From assembly GCA_043228905.1 (NCBI GenBank), contig JBHGNT010000014.1, positions 3,720,001 to 3,784,000 of the forward strand: a stretch of DNA of 64,000 nucleotides. The letters are read 5' to 3'. The translations under genes and the position numbers were made by a program. Positions 1 to 12,258 of the stretch are shown one piece after another (the stretch's first letter is position 1; each line of letters opens with the position of its first letter). A model generated the notes under the pieces. It searched no databases and was not told the DNA's origin. It was given only the letters and a program-made list of their open reading frames with translations. The DNA is from Azolla caroliniana (taxonomy: Eukaryota; Plantae; Polypodiophyta).

Positions 1-64
1 TTATTTTAGTTACGTATTTATCTTATTGTAGACTTTTAATGTGAAGCTTTCGTACTTCACGACA
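1..64 (-). repeat. Start of the 3' LTR of Gypsy-A (runs off the window edge)
   Basis: On the minus strand the purine tract AGAGGGGGTGGA (PPT, about 65-76) is directly followed by TGTCGTGAAG, just after the integrase stop at 105. Confidence 0.7.
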
Positions 65-340
65 TCCACCCCCTCTAGACTTGCACATCCTCCGGCATGT
101 GCCACTATCTTTCATCTTCATGTTGATCTATTGGACGAGGTTCAAGCTCAAACCTTTTCTTAAATACTTTTATCCTCTTTCCAGCTACCACGTTTAGGAT
201 TAGTGTCCCATCCAATTCACTAAGCTTATAAGTCAAGTTATCATATACTTTTCTTACTATATAAGGCCCAAAACATCTTTCAGCAAACTTGCGGACGGTG
301 CTATGTTGATTATCTAAACTGCTATCATACACGAGCACCC

Positions 341-956
341 TGTTGGGATTACGGTCCCTTTCGGATGGGATGGTCGGATATCGGAGATGAATGCCGACAA
401 GCCCGGTTTCGGTTTCGGAACCGGATGATGAAGACCCCGGCTTCGGAGCCGGATGACGAATGTACCCGGAGCGAGATCCGGATGCGGGGACATATCTGTG
501 AATATGTTTGCCAAGGGCCCTTGAGGCTATAGTTGTAAATAGCCCCAAAGTCATATGTGTATAAATATGACTTAGGGCAAACAGTTTGAATGCTGCTGAT
601 CATTTTTCTGTTTTTCCACTCAAGAGGAGTGAAGAGGGAGCAGCCGTGAGAGAGAGAGAGAGAGAGATAGAGCGTGAGAGAGGAAGAGGACGACGCCTCT
701 TTGTATTTCCGCCTCCTGTGGCGAGGACAGCGAGCTCAAGGTCGTCGCCTTGCAGCTCGCCATTGTATACTTCTCTGTATAGTGTTGGTTTGGAGTCTTG
801 TACTCCCGTGGTTTTTCCCATCTAGGGTTTTCCACGTTAATCCCTGTGTGTTCGCGTTTTGTTTCTCTTTGTGGTTCCTATTTTCTGCTCCATTGATTCG
901 TGCTTACTCGGTTGTGGCCGAGCGGTGAAGGTGAATCGAAGCGTTGATTCCCAACA
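341..956 (+). repeat. Copia-1 5' LTR (616 bp)
   Basis: TGTTGGGA..TCCCAACA; near-identical to 5076-5592 plus 6281-6379. Confidence 0.95.
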
Positions 957-959
957 AAC

Positions 960-971
960 TGGTATCAGAGC
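960..971 (+). promoter_or_regulatory. Primer binding site, tRNA-iMet (Copia-1)
   Basis: TGGTATCAGAGC 3 nt after the LTR end. Confidence 0.95.
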
Positions 972-986
972 GAACTGCTGCAGAAA

Positions 987-3900
987 ATGGAAGGCGGCGG
1001 CAGCGGGCAGCCGGGGATGATGGTGCTGAATGCGCAGAATTACGCCGACTGGAAGATCAAGATGGAGGATCTTCTGATTGTTCGGGACCTGTACGAACCG
1101 ATTGACAGGTCGGAAATACCGAAAGGGGTACTTGAGTCGGAATGGAGGCTTCTGAACCGGAAAGCCGTTGCAACCATTCGGCAATACGTCGACGTGAGCG
1201 TTCTACAACATGTGGCGAACGACACCAACGCATATGAGATGTGGCGGAAGCTGTCGGGCCTCTATGAGAGGAAGAATGCGTTGAACCGGACCTCCCTGAT
1301 GAGGAAGATAGTGAATCTCAAGTACCGGGACGGCGAGAGTATGGTGGAACACGTAAGCACGTTCATGGGATTCGTGAATCAGCTTGCGGCGATCAAGTTC
1401 CCGTTGGAGGATGCAATGCAAGCCATCATCCTGATGTGTACATTGCCGGAAAGCTGGGAGAACTTGGTGGTGACTCTCAGCACCTCCTGCACAGAAGATA
1501 ACTTGTCCTTACAAACGGTAAAGACAAGTATTTTGAACGAAGAAGCGCGTCGGAGAGATAAAGAACCGGCCTCCGACCCGAAGGCGCTGCTTACCGAATC
1601 GGATCGGGGAAGACAATGGAACCGGAGTCCGCAAAGACGGGAGAAGTCGGGGACCCGGTCGCAGTCAAGAGGAAGGCCCACATGCTTCCACTGTGGGAAG
1701 CCGGGGCATTTCCGAAAGAATTGTCGGCATTACCGAAAAGACAACGGAGCCGACGACACCGATTCGAAGAAGTCACCGGAGAGAAACGGTGCATACCGGG
1801 GAGCCACGGACCGGAGAGGTTCGGATCGGCGAGGGCAGGACCGGAAAGGAACGACGGCACTCGCGGCAAGTGAGGAAGAAATCATGCTCATCACCGAAGA
1901 AGGTGAACTAAACATTGCCGGCGATGAGACGACCTGGGTGGTCGATTCCGGAGCATCGTTCCACCTGACCCCGGAGAGAAGATACTTCTCATCCTACACA
2001 GCCGGTGAGCATGGCTGTGTTCGGATGGGAAATGAAGGTACATGCCGGATTGCCGGCATAGGAGACGTGTGGTTGACAACCCCGACCGGATGCAAAATGC
2101 TGCTGAAGGATGTCCGACACGTTCCAGAGGTTCGATTGAACCTGATTTCGGCCGGGAGGCTAGACGATGAAGGCTACACAGGTAGCATCCGGAACGGCGT
2201 AATGAAGTTCAGCAAGGGGAGCCTGATAGTGGCTCGGGCCCGGAAAGACAACACACTGTACCTGATGAATGCCCGGTTGTGTCCGGAAGAGTTGAACGTG
2301 GCAGCCGACACTGCCGGTGAGCTGTGGCACAAGAGACTGTGCCACATGAGTGAGAAGGGGATGAAGAGGCTTGCAGAAGACAACCTTATCCCAGTGAAGC
2401 ATGTGCACCTGGAGAAGTGCACCGATTGCCTGGCCGGTAAGCAGAACCGAACCTCCTTCCACTCAAGGCCACCGACGAGACGTAGCGCACCATTGGAGTT
2501 GGTGCACACTGATGTGTGTCAGGTAGAAACGAAGTCACATGGCGGAGCCCAGTACTTCGTAACATTCATCGATGATCATAGCCGAAAACTGTGGACGGCA
2601 CCGATGAAGACAAAGGACCAAGTGTTGTCCGTCTTCAAAGAACTCCACGCGAGAGTGGAAAGGGAATCCGGCAAGAAGCTGAAAGCGATACGAGCGGATA
2701 ACGGAGGAGAATACCGGGGGCAGTTCGCGGAGTACTGTCGCTCGAAGGGAATCCGGCTCGAGTTTACTGTGCCGAAGACGCCGGAACTGAACGGGCTGGC
2801 CGAGAGGATGAACCGGACCATAATGGAGAGGGTCCGGAGTATGCTGGTGCATGCGAAATTACCCAAGGGGTTTTGGGCTGAGGCAATGTCGACGGCGACA
2901 TACGTGATAAACAGATCACCCTCAGTACCTTTGGACGGAGACACGCCGCAGAGAGTGTGGACCGGTAGGGAAGTGTCCTACCGGCATCTGAAGGTGTTCG
3001 GGTGTCTCGCATATGTGCATGTGGCTAAGGACCGGAGAGGAAAGCTAGATCCAAAGACCCGGCCATGTATATTCCTCGGTTACGGCAATGACGAGTTCGG
3101 CTACCGAGTATGGGACCCGATCGACAAGAAGATATTCCGGAGTCGTGATATCATCTTCATGGAGAACAAGACACTCGCCGACTGGGAGTCGGAGAAGAAG
3201 ATGAAGAGCTCCAAGTCGACCGGTGAGGATCAACTCTACGAGGAGCAGTCCCGACCGGCAAGGGACCGGCTAGCACTCGAGGATCCGGCCGAAGACGGTG
3301 AAGAAACAGAACCGGCCGAAGAAGATGAAAATGATACCGGAACCGGCCCCGATCCCGAAATGGATTCGGATGAAGAAGAATCGGAAGAACTGGTTACCGA
3401 AGCTCCGGAACGGAGATATCCTCTAAGAGAGAGAAGGGCCCCCCCCCCCGGAGATTTCCGGAACCAGAGCACGTGCTGCTAACCGACGAGGGGGAGCCGG
3501 AGAGCTTTGAAGAAGCAAAGCATGACACCCAGAGCCGCAGGTGGTTGAGTGCCATGCAGGACGAGATGGATTCCCTGCATGAGAACCACACATATGAACT
3601 TGTGGAGTTGCCGAAAGGAAAGCGGGCACTTCGAAACAAGTGGGTGTTCAAGCTGAAACCGGGAGATGCCGGAAACCCCCCGAGATACAAAGCCAGGATC
3701 GTGGTGAAGGGGTTTCAGCAGAAGAAGGGCGTCGACTTCGACGAGATATTTGCCCCGGTAGTGAAGATGACCTCCATCCGGACAGTGCTGAGCATAGCGG
3801 CAAGCATGGACCTCGAGGTAGAACAGATGGATGTGAAGACGGCATTCCTTCACGATGACCTCGAAGAAGAGATCTACATGCAGCAACCGGAAGGATTCAA

Positions 3901-5065
3901 GAAGAAAGGGAAGGAGCACCTGGTATGCCGGTTGAAGAAGAGCCTTTACGGACTGAAGCAGGCTCCCCGGCAATGGTACCGGAAATTCGACTCCTTCATG
4001 ACCAACGAAGGGTACCTCAAAACGCAGTCCGACCACTGCGTGTTTGTGAAGAAGTTCGAAGGAGGAGACTTTTTAACACTCCTCTTGTACGTGGACGACA
4101 TGTTGATCGTCGGACGGGACCAGGTCAGGATACGGATGCTGAAGAAGGCTCTTCACCGAACCTTCTCAATGAAGGACCTGGGTCCGGCGAGACAAATACT
4201 AGGGATGCACATCATCCGGGACCGGAGCAAGAAGCAGTTGTGGCTGTCACAGGAAAAGTACGTGACAAAGGTGCTTGAACGGTTCAACATGTCGGAAGCA
4301 AGACCGGTCGGATCGACCCTCCCGGCAAACTGCAAGCTGTCCAACAAGCAAAGTCCCAAGACAAAGGCTGAAAAGGAGGATATGATGAAAGTGCCGTATG
4401 CCTCAACCGTCGGGAGCTTGATGTACGCCATGGTGTGTACGAGACCGGACATAGGATATGCAGTCGGAGTGGTGAGCCGGTACATGAGCAATCCCGGCAA
4501 AGAGCATTGGAACGCAGCCAAGTGGATACTCCGATACCTGAAGGGCACGGCAAACGTGTGCCTCCGATTCGGCTCCGGTAAGCCCGAACTCGACGGCTTT
4601 ACCGATTCGGATATGTCGGCTGATGCAGATACCAGTCGGTCCACATCAGGTTATGTGATGACGTATGCAGGGGGAGCGGTTTCATGGCAGTCGAGGCTGC
4701 AGAAGACGATCGCGTTGTCAACCACGGAGGCGGAGTACATGGCGGCTGTTGAAGCCGGCAAGGAAATAATATGGATGAAGGACTTCATTAGAGAGCTCGG
4801 TATCCGATAGGAGGAGTACCGACTCTACTGCGACAGTCAGAGTGCAATCCACCTTGCGAAGAACGCGGCCTATCACTCCCGGACGAAGCACATCCAGCGA
4901 AGATATCACTGGATCCGGGAAAGGATAGAAGACAAGGAGTTCGTGCTGACGAAGGTCCACACGGACGAGAACGGGTCTGATATGCTGACCAAGGTGCTCA
5001 CACCCGACAAGCTGGAAGCATGCCGGAAGAGGATCGGACTGGAGAGACATCCCATGCCGAAGTGA
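987..5065 (+). pseudogene. Copia-1 gag-pol polyprotein, disrupted by a poly-C frameshift (about 3439-3449) and a premature TAG (4808-4810)
   Basis: Zn knuckle CFHCGKPGHFRKNC, protease WVVDSGAS, integrase, RT LLLYVDDM, RH. The sister copies have C6 and CAG/CAA at the two lesions. Confidence 0.93.
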
Positions 5066-5073
5066 AGGGGGAG
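5066..5073 (+). promoter_or_regulatory. Polypurine tract (Copia-1)
   Basis: AGGGGGAG 2 nt before the 3' LTR at 5076. Confidence 0.9.
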
Positions 5074-5075
5074 CT

Positions 5076-6379
5076 TGTTGGGATTACGGTCCCTTTCGGA
5101 TGGGATGGTCGGATATCGGAGATGAATGCCGACAAGCCCGGTTTCGGTTTCGGAACCGGATGATGAAGACCCCGGCTTTGGAGCCGGATGACGAATGTAC
5201 CCGGAGCGAGATCCGGATGCGGGGACATATCTGTGAATATGTTTGCCAAGGGCCCTTGAGGCTATAGTTGTAAATAGCCCCAAAGTCATATGTGTATAAA
5301 TATGACTTAGGGCAAATAGTTTGAATGCTGCTGATCATTTTTCTATTTTTCCACTCAAGAGGAGTGAAGAGGGAGCAGCCGTGAGAGAGAGAGAGAGAGA
5401 GATAGAGCGTGAGAGAGGAAGAGGACGACGCCTCTTTGTATTTCCGCCTCCTGTGGCGAGGACAGCGAGCTCAAGGTCGTCGCCTTGCAGCTCGCCATTG
5501 TATACTTCTCTGTATAGTGTTGGTTTGGAGTCTTGTACTCCCGTGGTTTTTCCCATCTAGGGTTTTCCACGTTAATCCCTGTGTGTTCGCGTTGTCGTGA
5601 AGATTTTCGTCCATGGGCGGAAAACCGAGCGAAGCAAGCAAACCCGCGATGTGCAACGTTGCACATCAACATGTTGTATTTCTATTTATCGATAGTGATA
5701 AGTATGGTGCTAGAAATGCACCTTAGGATTTGTAAAGTGTAAAGGTGATGTGCTTTTGCGCGCACATCCACGTGAGAGAGAGAGATAGGTACGTGGTAGT
5801 TCGTGTAGAGGTGGGAGTTAAGACCCATCCTTCCCACCTCCCCTAAAATCAAGGGAAATATCCCCATTGATTGAAAGGGGATATTTTGTAGCACCCTTTT
5901 GTAAACGGTCTTCTCTCCTTGTGCTATAAAAGGAGAGGAAGAGCACCATTGTGGGGGTTGCCTTATTTTGAGTGTGAGTGAGGTATACCATTTCGTTTTA
6001 GGGTTAGGGTTTCGTTTAGGGTTTCTTTTCTTCTTCGTCGGATTAGGGTTTCGGGTTTATCATAGTCGTTCGGTGCGGCCTACGCGGCCGCCATTTTGTA
6101 ATCGGTTTTCGGTTCTAATATATCTTGTTGAGCATTTGGCCTCCATCTTCCTCTTGTTCATTCTTCCTCTTCTTGTGCTAAGCTCCATTCCGAAGTCCTA
6201 TTCCTTCTCCCCTTCTCCTTAGTCCGAGACCCCCGTGGTTCCGCCCTTCTCCACGCACGCGCGTAACAACGCGACAGCGTTTTGTTTCTCTTTGTGGTTC
6301 CTATTTTCTGCTCCATTGATTCGTGCTTACTCGGTTGTGGCCGAGCGGTGAAGGTGAATCGAAGCGTTGATTCCCAACA
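5076..6379 (+). repeat. Copia-1 3' LTR, interrupted by a solo LTR
   Basis: Matches the 5' LTR on both sides of the 5593-6276 insert. Confidence 0.95.
5593..6276 (+). mobile_element. Solo LTR (684 bp), TGTCG..CGACA family, 4-bp TSD GCGT
   Basis: GCGT at 5589-5592 and 6277-6280, but only once in the uninterrupted 5' LTR. TATA-like CTATAAAAGG near 5924. The first 10 nt are identical to the start of the Gypsy-A LTR. Confidence 0.9.
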
Positions 6380-7589
6380 CACCCAATCTCCTTCGTCTAT
6401 TTTCTTAGGTCGAATTCTATGAGTTTTATCAAAAAGGATTTTATTCTTTAATCGAGCCTCCTTCAATCGTTGGGCTGCTATTTCTATATCTCAGGTCGAC
6501 GCTCTAATTGTTGAATCCACAAAGCAAGTAATTCTTCTCTGCTCACCTCTTCTATCCATGGAATAGATATCCATGACATAATTGATTCTTCTATCGGCAT
6601 GATGGGCTTTTGGCCAACTATCAATTCAGCTGGCATGTATCCTGTTACTGAACTATGAGTTGTTCGATCCGCCCATAGTGCATAAGGTAGCATGCGTGGC
6701 CAATCTCTTATTTTACCTTTACAGCTTTTCACGATCGCCTTAACTATTGGGCTATGTCCTCTTTCAATCTTTCCATTGGCTTCTGGATTATACGCAGTTG
6801 TAAGTGATAATTTGACCCCTATTCGGCTGAAGAATTCTCTAGCTTCATCAGAGTCGAGTTCTCCTCTATCTGCAATTATTTTACCAACACACTCGTAGCG
6901 ACATATTACATCTTCTAACAAAAATTTACATACAGCTCTAGTTGTTTTTTGTCGTAGTGGTCTTCCTTCTACTTGGTTTGTAAGGTCTTCTCTTGCTAGT
7001 ACTAAATATCGCATTTGACCTTCCCCAAGTGTCATTGTCACTAAATCAACCATCCATTTATAATGCATTGATGATGAATATGTTGGTTTTAGCTCATCTC
7101 GATACCGGATAGTTGAATACCTCTGGCAAACCTCACAGGTTTCCACAAATTTCGTTACATCTTTATACATATGTGGCCACCAATACTTTTCTTTCAACTT
7201 CATAAATGTCGCCCATATGCCTCTTATGTCCTGCCCACAAACTATCATGGAATTCATTAATTAATTTTCTCTTAATGTCATCCTTACAAATGACTCGAAG
7301 AGGATTTTCGGTTGGCCTTTTTGGACGCCTCCATAAATGCCCTTCATGTAAAAAAAACTTGAATGCTCGTCTTCGAAATTCATTTAATTGTTTCTTTGAC
7401 CATGATGGGCTGGCTTCTTGAGTCTTTAGAAAATTTCCTATTTCTAACCATTGACCTTCATACTCTGTGTCTTTGAACATTATACTTACATCTTGAAAAA
7501 AGCCTGTATCTAGCAACCGCTTTGATCAACATGTATGCTAATGGTGGTATTCTTTTGAAAGCACAAAAACTACTCGGAAAGTTGCCAAT

Positions 7590-8018
7590 CTGAAACATTA
7601 TATCGTGGAATGGCTTCCAGATGGACAAGTGATAACTATAGGTGCAGAGCGATTTCGATGTCCAAAAGTATTATTTCAGCCATCTCTCATCAGCATGGAG
7701 GCTGCAAATATCCATGAAACTACATACAACTCTAGCATGAAGTGTGATGTGGATATCCGGAAAGACCTCAATGGTAATGTTGTGCTCAGTGGAGGATCCA
7801 CTATGTTTCCTTGCATTTCTGATAGACTGAGCAAGGAGATAACGACACTTGCATCTAGTTGTATGAAAATCAAAGTAGTGGCACCACCTGAAACAAAATA
7901 TAGTGTCTAGATTCGAGGCTCTATTTTTGCAACTCTCGGCATATCTCAATAGATGTGGATAGCAAAATCAGAATATGAGGAGTTTGGGCCCTTAATTGTT
8001 CATTGGAAGTGTTTTTAG
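7590..8018 (+). pseudogene. ACT: Actin pseudogene fragment (C-terminal third), probably processed
   Basis: [56 protein letters not shown], with in-frame stops at 7908 and about 7950. Confidence 0.9.
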
Positions 8019-8146
8019 GTCCTTCTCTCCTCATGAATGGATGGATGGATTTATGGTTGGCATTAGCATTGTTTTGTTGTTGTTGTTGTTTTGACCGAAC
8101 TAGCCATGGATTTGAGTTGTACACGAGGGTTCCTTTTCGTTAATTT

Positions 8147-8690
8147 CAGGTTATGCACAAGAAGGCCGAGTTTATGAAGCTTTAAAATGCTTCGAAACAG
8201 GGTATACTCAGCAAGGGCATGACCATGGAGCATTAAATTGTTTAAAACAAATATAAAATGAGGGTCTTTCAAACAAATTCATGATCAAATTCGGAGCCGA
8301 AACGTCATAGAGAAGGATATTGTGTTTGGTAACGCTTTAGTTTATATGTATGATAAATGTGGAATGCTTGACAAAGCCCAAAAAGCACTCGAAGACCATT
8401 CTAATTGCAATGTCATCACATGGTCTGCAATAAATTCTGGATATGCTTGAGAAAGCTTCATCTTCGAGATGTGGTATGCTTGAGAAAGCAACAAAAGTAC
8501 TGGAAGAGCTTCATCTTCGAGATGTGATTGCTTGGTCAGCTCTTATTGCTAGCCATGCTCAACAAAGACAAGGACATGAAGCCTTGAAGTGTCTCAAAAC
8601 ACATGGAAAGGCAAGGCTTATCTCTTGACAGGATAACTTTATTATGTGTGTTGAGTGCATGTGCTCACTCTGGGCTCATTTATCAAACTC
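8147..8690 (+). pseudogene. Degenerate PLS-class PPR gene fragment
   Basis: Broken motifs SGYAQEG..EALKCF, GNALVYMYDKCGMLDKA, RDVIAWSALIASHAQ, TLLCVLSACAHSGL, with stops, deletions and frameshifts. Confidence 0.8.
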
Positions 8691-9707
8691 AACTTTTGCA
8701 TTTTTAATGATTTTATAATACTAGGGCGGATCTTTTATTTTATTTTTAAAACTTTTGGTGAAGAACCTAGCTTAATGATGTTGCAGAGGCTTTGACTACA
8801 AACAACAACAACAATGCTTTTTGTCAATGTAGTATCCTTGAGCCACTTTAACCTCTCTTCTACCACCGGTGGTTGAGCTCCAACATAAGAATAAGAGGTT
8901 GAAAAAGGAGTGATCCAACTCCACACTCGCATTCACTCTCTCATAAACCCTAACCTCTCAAGAAGAAAGATGAAAAACGATAACAAGAAACCCTAAAAAA
9001 TCAAAAAATATTACCTCAAAACTGCTTCACAACATCGAACTCCTTAATCTCCCAAAAAATGGAGCCCTAAATGAGCTCACTTCACTCTTTTTATAAAGAG
9101 AAAGTGCCACTAATCCCATTTAATGCTCGGTTACCTCTTTTACAAAGAATATGTAAAAGGATAACCCCTTAACACAATAACCAAAACTCAACCTCTACAC
9201 CTCTTCCTTCACAATCCATGGTCTCAACCACTAGGCTAATGGCTTTTTTTTATTATGTTAAATTTATTCATTTTTATTATGTTAAATTTACATTTTTGTG
9301 GCTATGCTTCTTTACCCCTTTTATCTATTTCTACCTTTGGATCTGCCACATCCTAACAATGTGTTGTTCTTTTGCCACATATAACAGTTCTCGATAACAT
9401 GCTAGGTCAATCACAATTTGAGTGGGGTCACCCATTATAAATGTGTTAGGAGCTTGGTTGGGGTTCTTGTTAGTGTACTTGTTAGTGTGTACATGTGTAA
9501 GGTCAAGTATTCTTGATGATATAGGCATAACCCTAAGGACCAATTCTAAATCTAATTTCAATGGGTTAAGGGTAGGATCGTTGGGAAACCAATTACCCTA
9601 GGGACTGGGGAAAAATAGTAAGGACCTATCATATGTGGTGGTATGGGAGCCTTAGGTGTTTGACTATATAAAGGGCCATAGCTACCCCTTTCATTAGGGT
9701 ACCTTGA

Positions 9708-10270
9708 TGTTAAGGATCTATGTATCAATGGAGTAAGCTCCTCGATATCGTGGCGGGATTCGGACCGCCTTATACCCTCTTGATGGCGAATCGGGTGGAG
9801 ATGGTTGTCGGATACCTCCGAGCCTCACACTCACTCAACGATTAGCAAATGATTGAGCACAATATCTCTCTCACTCTCTCAAGCCCTCTGTCATAGACAT
9901 TAATAGATATAGACAATAAGAAGGAAGAGTATGTCTATTATTAACCCTCTTTGCTAAGAGGTCTAGCACCAACAAGGAGAGAGATTAGTGTTCTCTAACT
10001 AAACACTTCACTAATCTCTCTTAAGCTCAAAGGTTACAAGAAGGAGGAGAGGAAGCTCTAGCTTTAATCAATAAGAGATCTTTACAAATGGGAGAACCCC
10101 CACAAACCCACTGCTATGTGGTTTATATAGCTTTCATGTTTAGGGTATGGGCCTTTCACACTTGACCGTCTCTTTGCTTTCCTTTCCTCTTGCCGTTTCC
10201 TCTTCGTACTACGTCCTTGTTGATGCGTTCTTATTCGTGATTGGTTGTGTTGTTATTCCAACGCTTAACA
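9708..10270 (-). repeat. Gypsy-B 3' LTR (563 bp)
   Basis: TGTTAAG..CTTAACA, highly similar to 39928-40495; adjoins the PPT at 10271-10278. Confidence 0.95.
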
Positions 10271-12258
10271 TCCCCCCCAACCTAATGAGTGCACACTCCC
10301 GGGTGGGTGTTGGCATTTGGTTTGGTTGAGCGACTCCGCACCTTCGGGTTCATCGATGTCCCATGCAGGGGTGTTTCGATCGCGAGTGGGGAGTCGGTTT
10401 CGTTTCGGAACCCAGAAGCTAGTGGTGCCATTGTGCCAACCTTGTGCGGTTGTGAGTATTTTTCTGACTTGCCACACCGCACATTCTCCGCAGTGTGGGC
10501 CATCAGCGAAAACTGCGTGGACGTTCACCCATTCCCGTGGTTTCGGTGTCTGTGTTCTAATGTTAGTGTCGCGCTGGCCATGGACGGCCCGTGGGTGTTG
10601 GTGTGTTGCCTGTTTGGGTAACTCCACGCTTTGAGGATCAGCGAGGTCAGCGGGATGTGATTCGAGTGTTGTTGTGACGAGGTCCTCGGACTTCAGTTCA
10701 TCTCCTGTTTGGAAAGAGACGATGTGTTTGCTGGGTAATAGGAGACATTCACTTATGCGACACCAATCTAAACCGAGGAGGCATTGTGTGTACATCACTC
10801 CGGGTGGGAGTACCCAAACTTGGATTGAGTGCGCGTTGTATTCTGTCTTGATACTACACCCGAAAGTTCCCAGGCAGCATGACGTGGACCCATCGAAGCC
10901 ACGAAAGTTGTCGTTGCACACTTTGAGGTCTGGGCAACCTAGACGTCTCCATGTTTCGAAGGAGAAAAGGGTTAGCGATGCTCCGGTGTCGATTACCGCC
11001 GTCAAAGGCATGTCGTCGACGCAGCATCGTAGTTGTATTGTTCCGTCATTAGAGTTGGCCGCCTGAGCGATGGTTACCGGATGGGCATGTCCCTGTCGCT
11101 TCAATTTCGCTTGCGTATTGCGCAAGTCAGTTTCGAGCCGGGCCATTCGTCCTTCCGAGGCTTTAAGTTTGGCCTCTACCTCTCGTTGTCGAGCCGTGAG
11201 TAGAGCCTCAAGTGTGAGGGGTCCATAGTAACATTTGAGGTTGCTCCCATTAATGAACCTGGGGATGTCAAAACCTTTGAGCATGCGTAGGCGACATGCT
11301 CCTGCCATGGTAATCTCCGAAACCACATACGGGCCTTCACCCCATAACTTAAGCTTCTTCTTGTATCGACGTCGCCTTCAGCGAGGTCTTTGTTCTTGAC
11401 TTTATTGTCGTGCCACACCTTTCTATTGGCTTTCTCTGCCAAGAGTGCCTGGAATGCGAGAAGGTGGGTTTCTGTCAGTCGTTCTAGGTTCTCTAGGCGT
11501 GACGGGAGGGGGTCCCCGTCCCATCGTTCTTGTACGGCGATCCTGAGGCTGGGGACAAGGAACTCGATGGGTAATACTGCTTCTTGCCCGTACACTAGTT
11601 TGAATGGTGTGTGGCGAGTTGCGACTTTGTAGGAAGTACGGAAAGCCCATAATGCTGGTTGGAGTTTGGTGCTCCAATCAGATCGTGAGGCGGCGACTAT
11701 CTTTGTGAGCACTGCACATAGCTCCTTATTCGTGCTTTCCGCTTGTCCGTTGCATCGACGGTAATAAGGAGAACTTTTGCGGTGTGTCACCATAAATTCG
11801 GCTAGTAAATATGCTATCACCTCGTTCAGGAAATGCGAACATTGGTCACTAATGATTTTGAGCGGACATCCAAACCATACTATGACATTTTCATATAGGA
11901 ATTTGGCAGTACTACGCGCGTCGGCGTTAACACAAGCTTTAGCTTTGACCCACTTGGTGGCATAGTCAGTGGCGGTTATTATGTATCGGTTGAGGTTGGA
12001 AGCTGGGCTAATTGGGCCGATAAAGTCGATACCCCATTTCTCGAATGGTTGCCATGCCACCACCGAGTTTAACATATTAAAATCCTCTTTTAGCGGGTGT
12101 TTGAAACGTTGGCACTCGTCACAGCGGCGTACGTACGCGTATCCGTCTTTTGAAAAGTGTTAGCCACCATAGGCTGGACTGGAGGATCTTGCGCGCAGTG
12201 GTCTCGTGATTGAAATGACCACTTCCACTCCCGCAATGAGCTTGTTCAAGGGTGGTGA
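10265..12258 (-). pseudogene. Gypsy-B integrase followed by a coiled coil and a second retropepsin-like protease domain
   Basis: PFEKWGIDFIGP, IISDQ, CNGQAESTNK; a small deletion/frameshift near 11370; then GPYVV..INGSNLKCY, a heptad-rich segment, and AVIDTGAS..CLLGLDW. Confidence 0.85.

Larger units (their letters stand above)
341..6379 (+). mobile_element. Copia-1: full-length Ty1/Copia LTR retrotransposon
   Basis: TG..CA LTRs, TSD CACCC (336-340 and 6380-6384), tRNA-iMet PBS, PPT, and domain order gag-PR-INT-RT-RH. Confidence 0.97.
1..7516 (-). mobile_element. Gypsy-A: 3' portion of a Ty3/Gypsy element (integrase, PPT, LTR), 5'-truncated near 7516 and split by Copia-1
   Basis: Integrase HHCC (EFHDSLWAGH..CEVC) and DDE core (AREDLTNQVEGR, IIADRGE, YNPEANGKIERGH) at 6484-7516. 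The frame ..KIDEGDW at 6385 continues as VLVYDSS..FGPYIV at 340-105 once Copia-1 is removed. Confidence 0.9.

Noticed and set aside
3439-3449. C11 run splitting Copia-1 pol, considered as a programmed frameshift
   Set aside because: Copia-2 and Copia-3 have C6 and read through in frame, so this is homopolymer slippage or a sequencing/assembly error.
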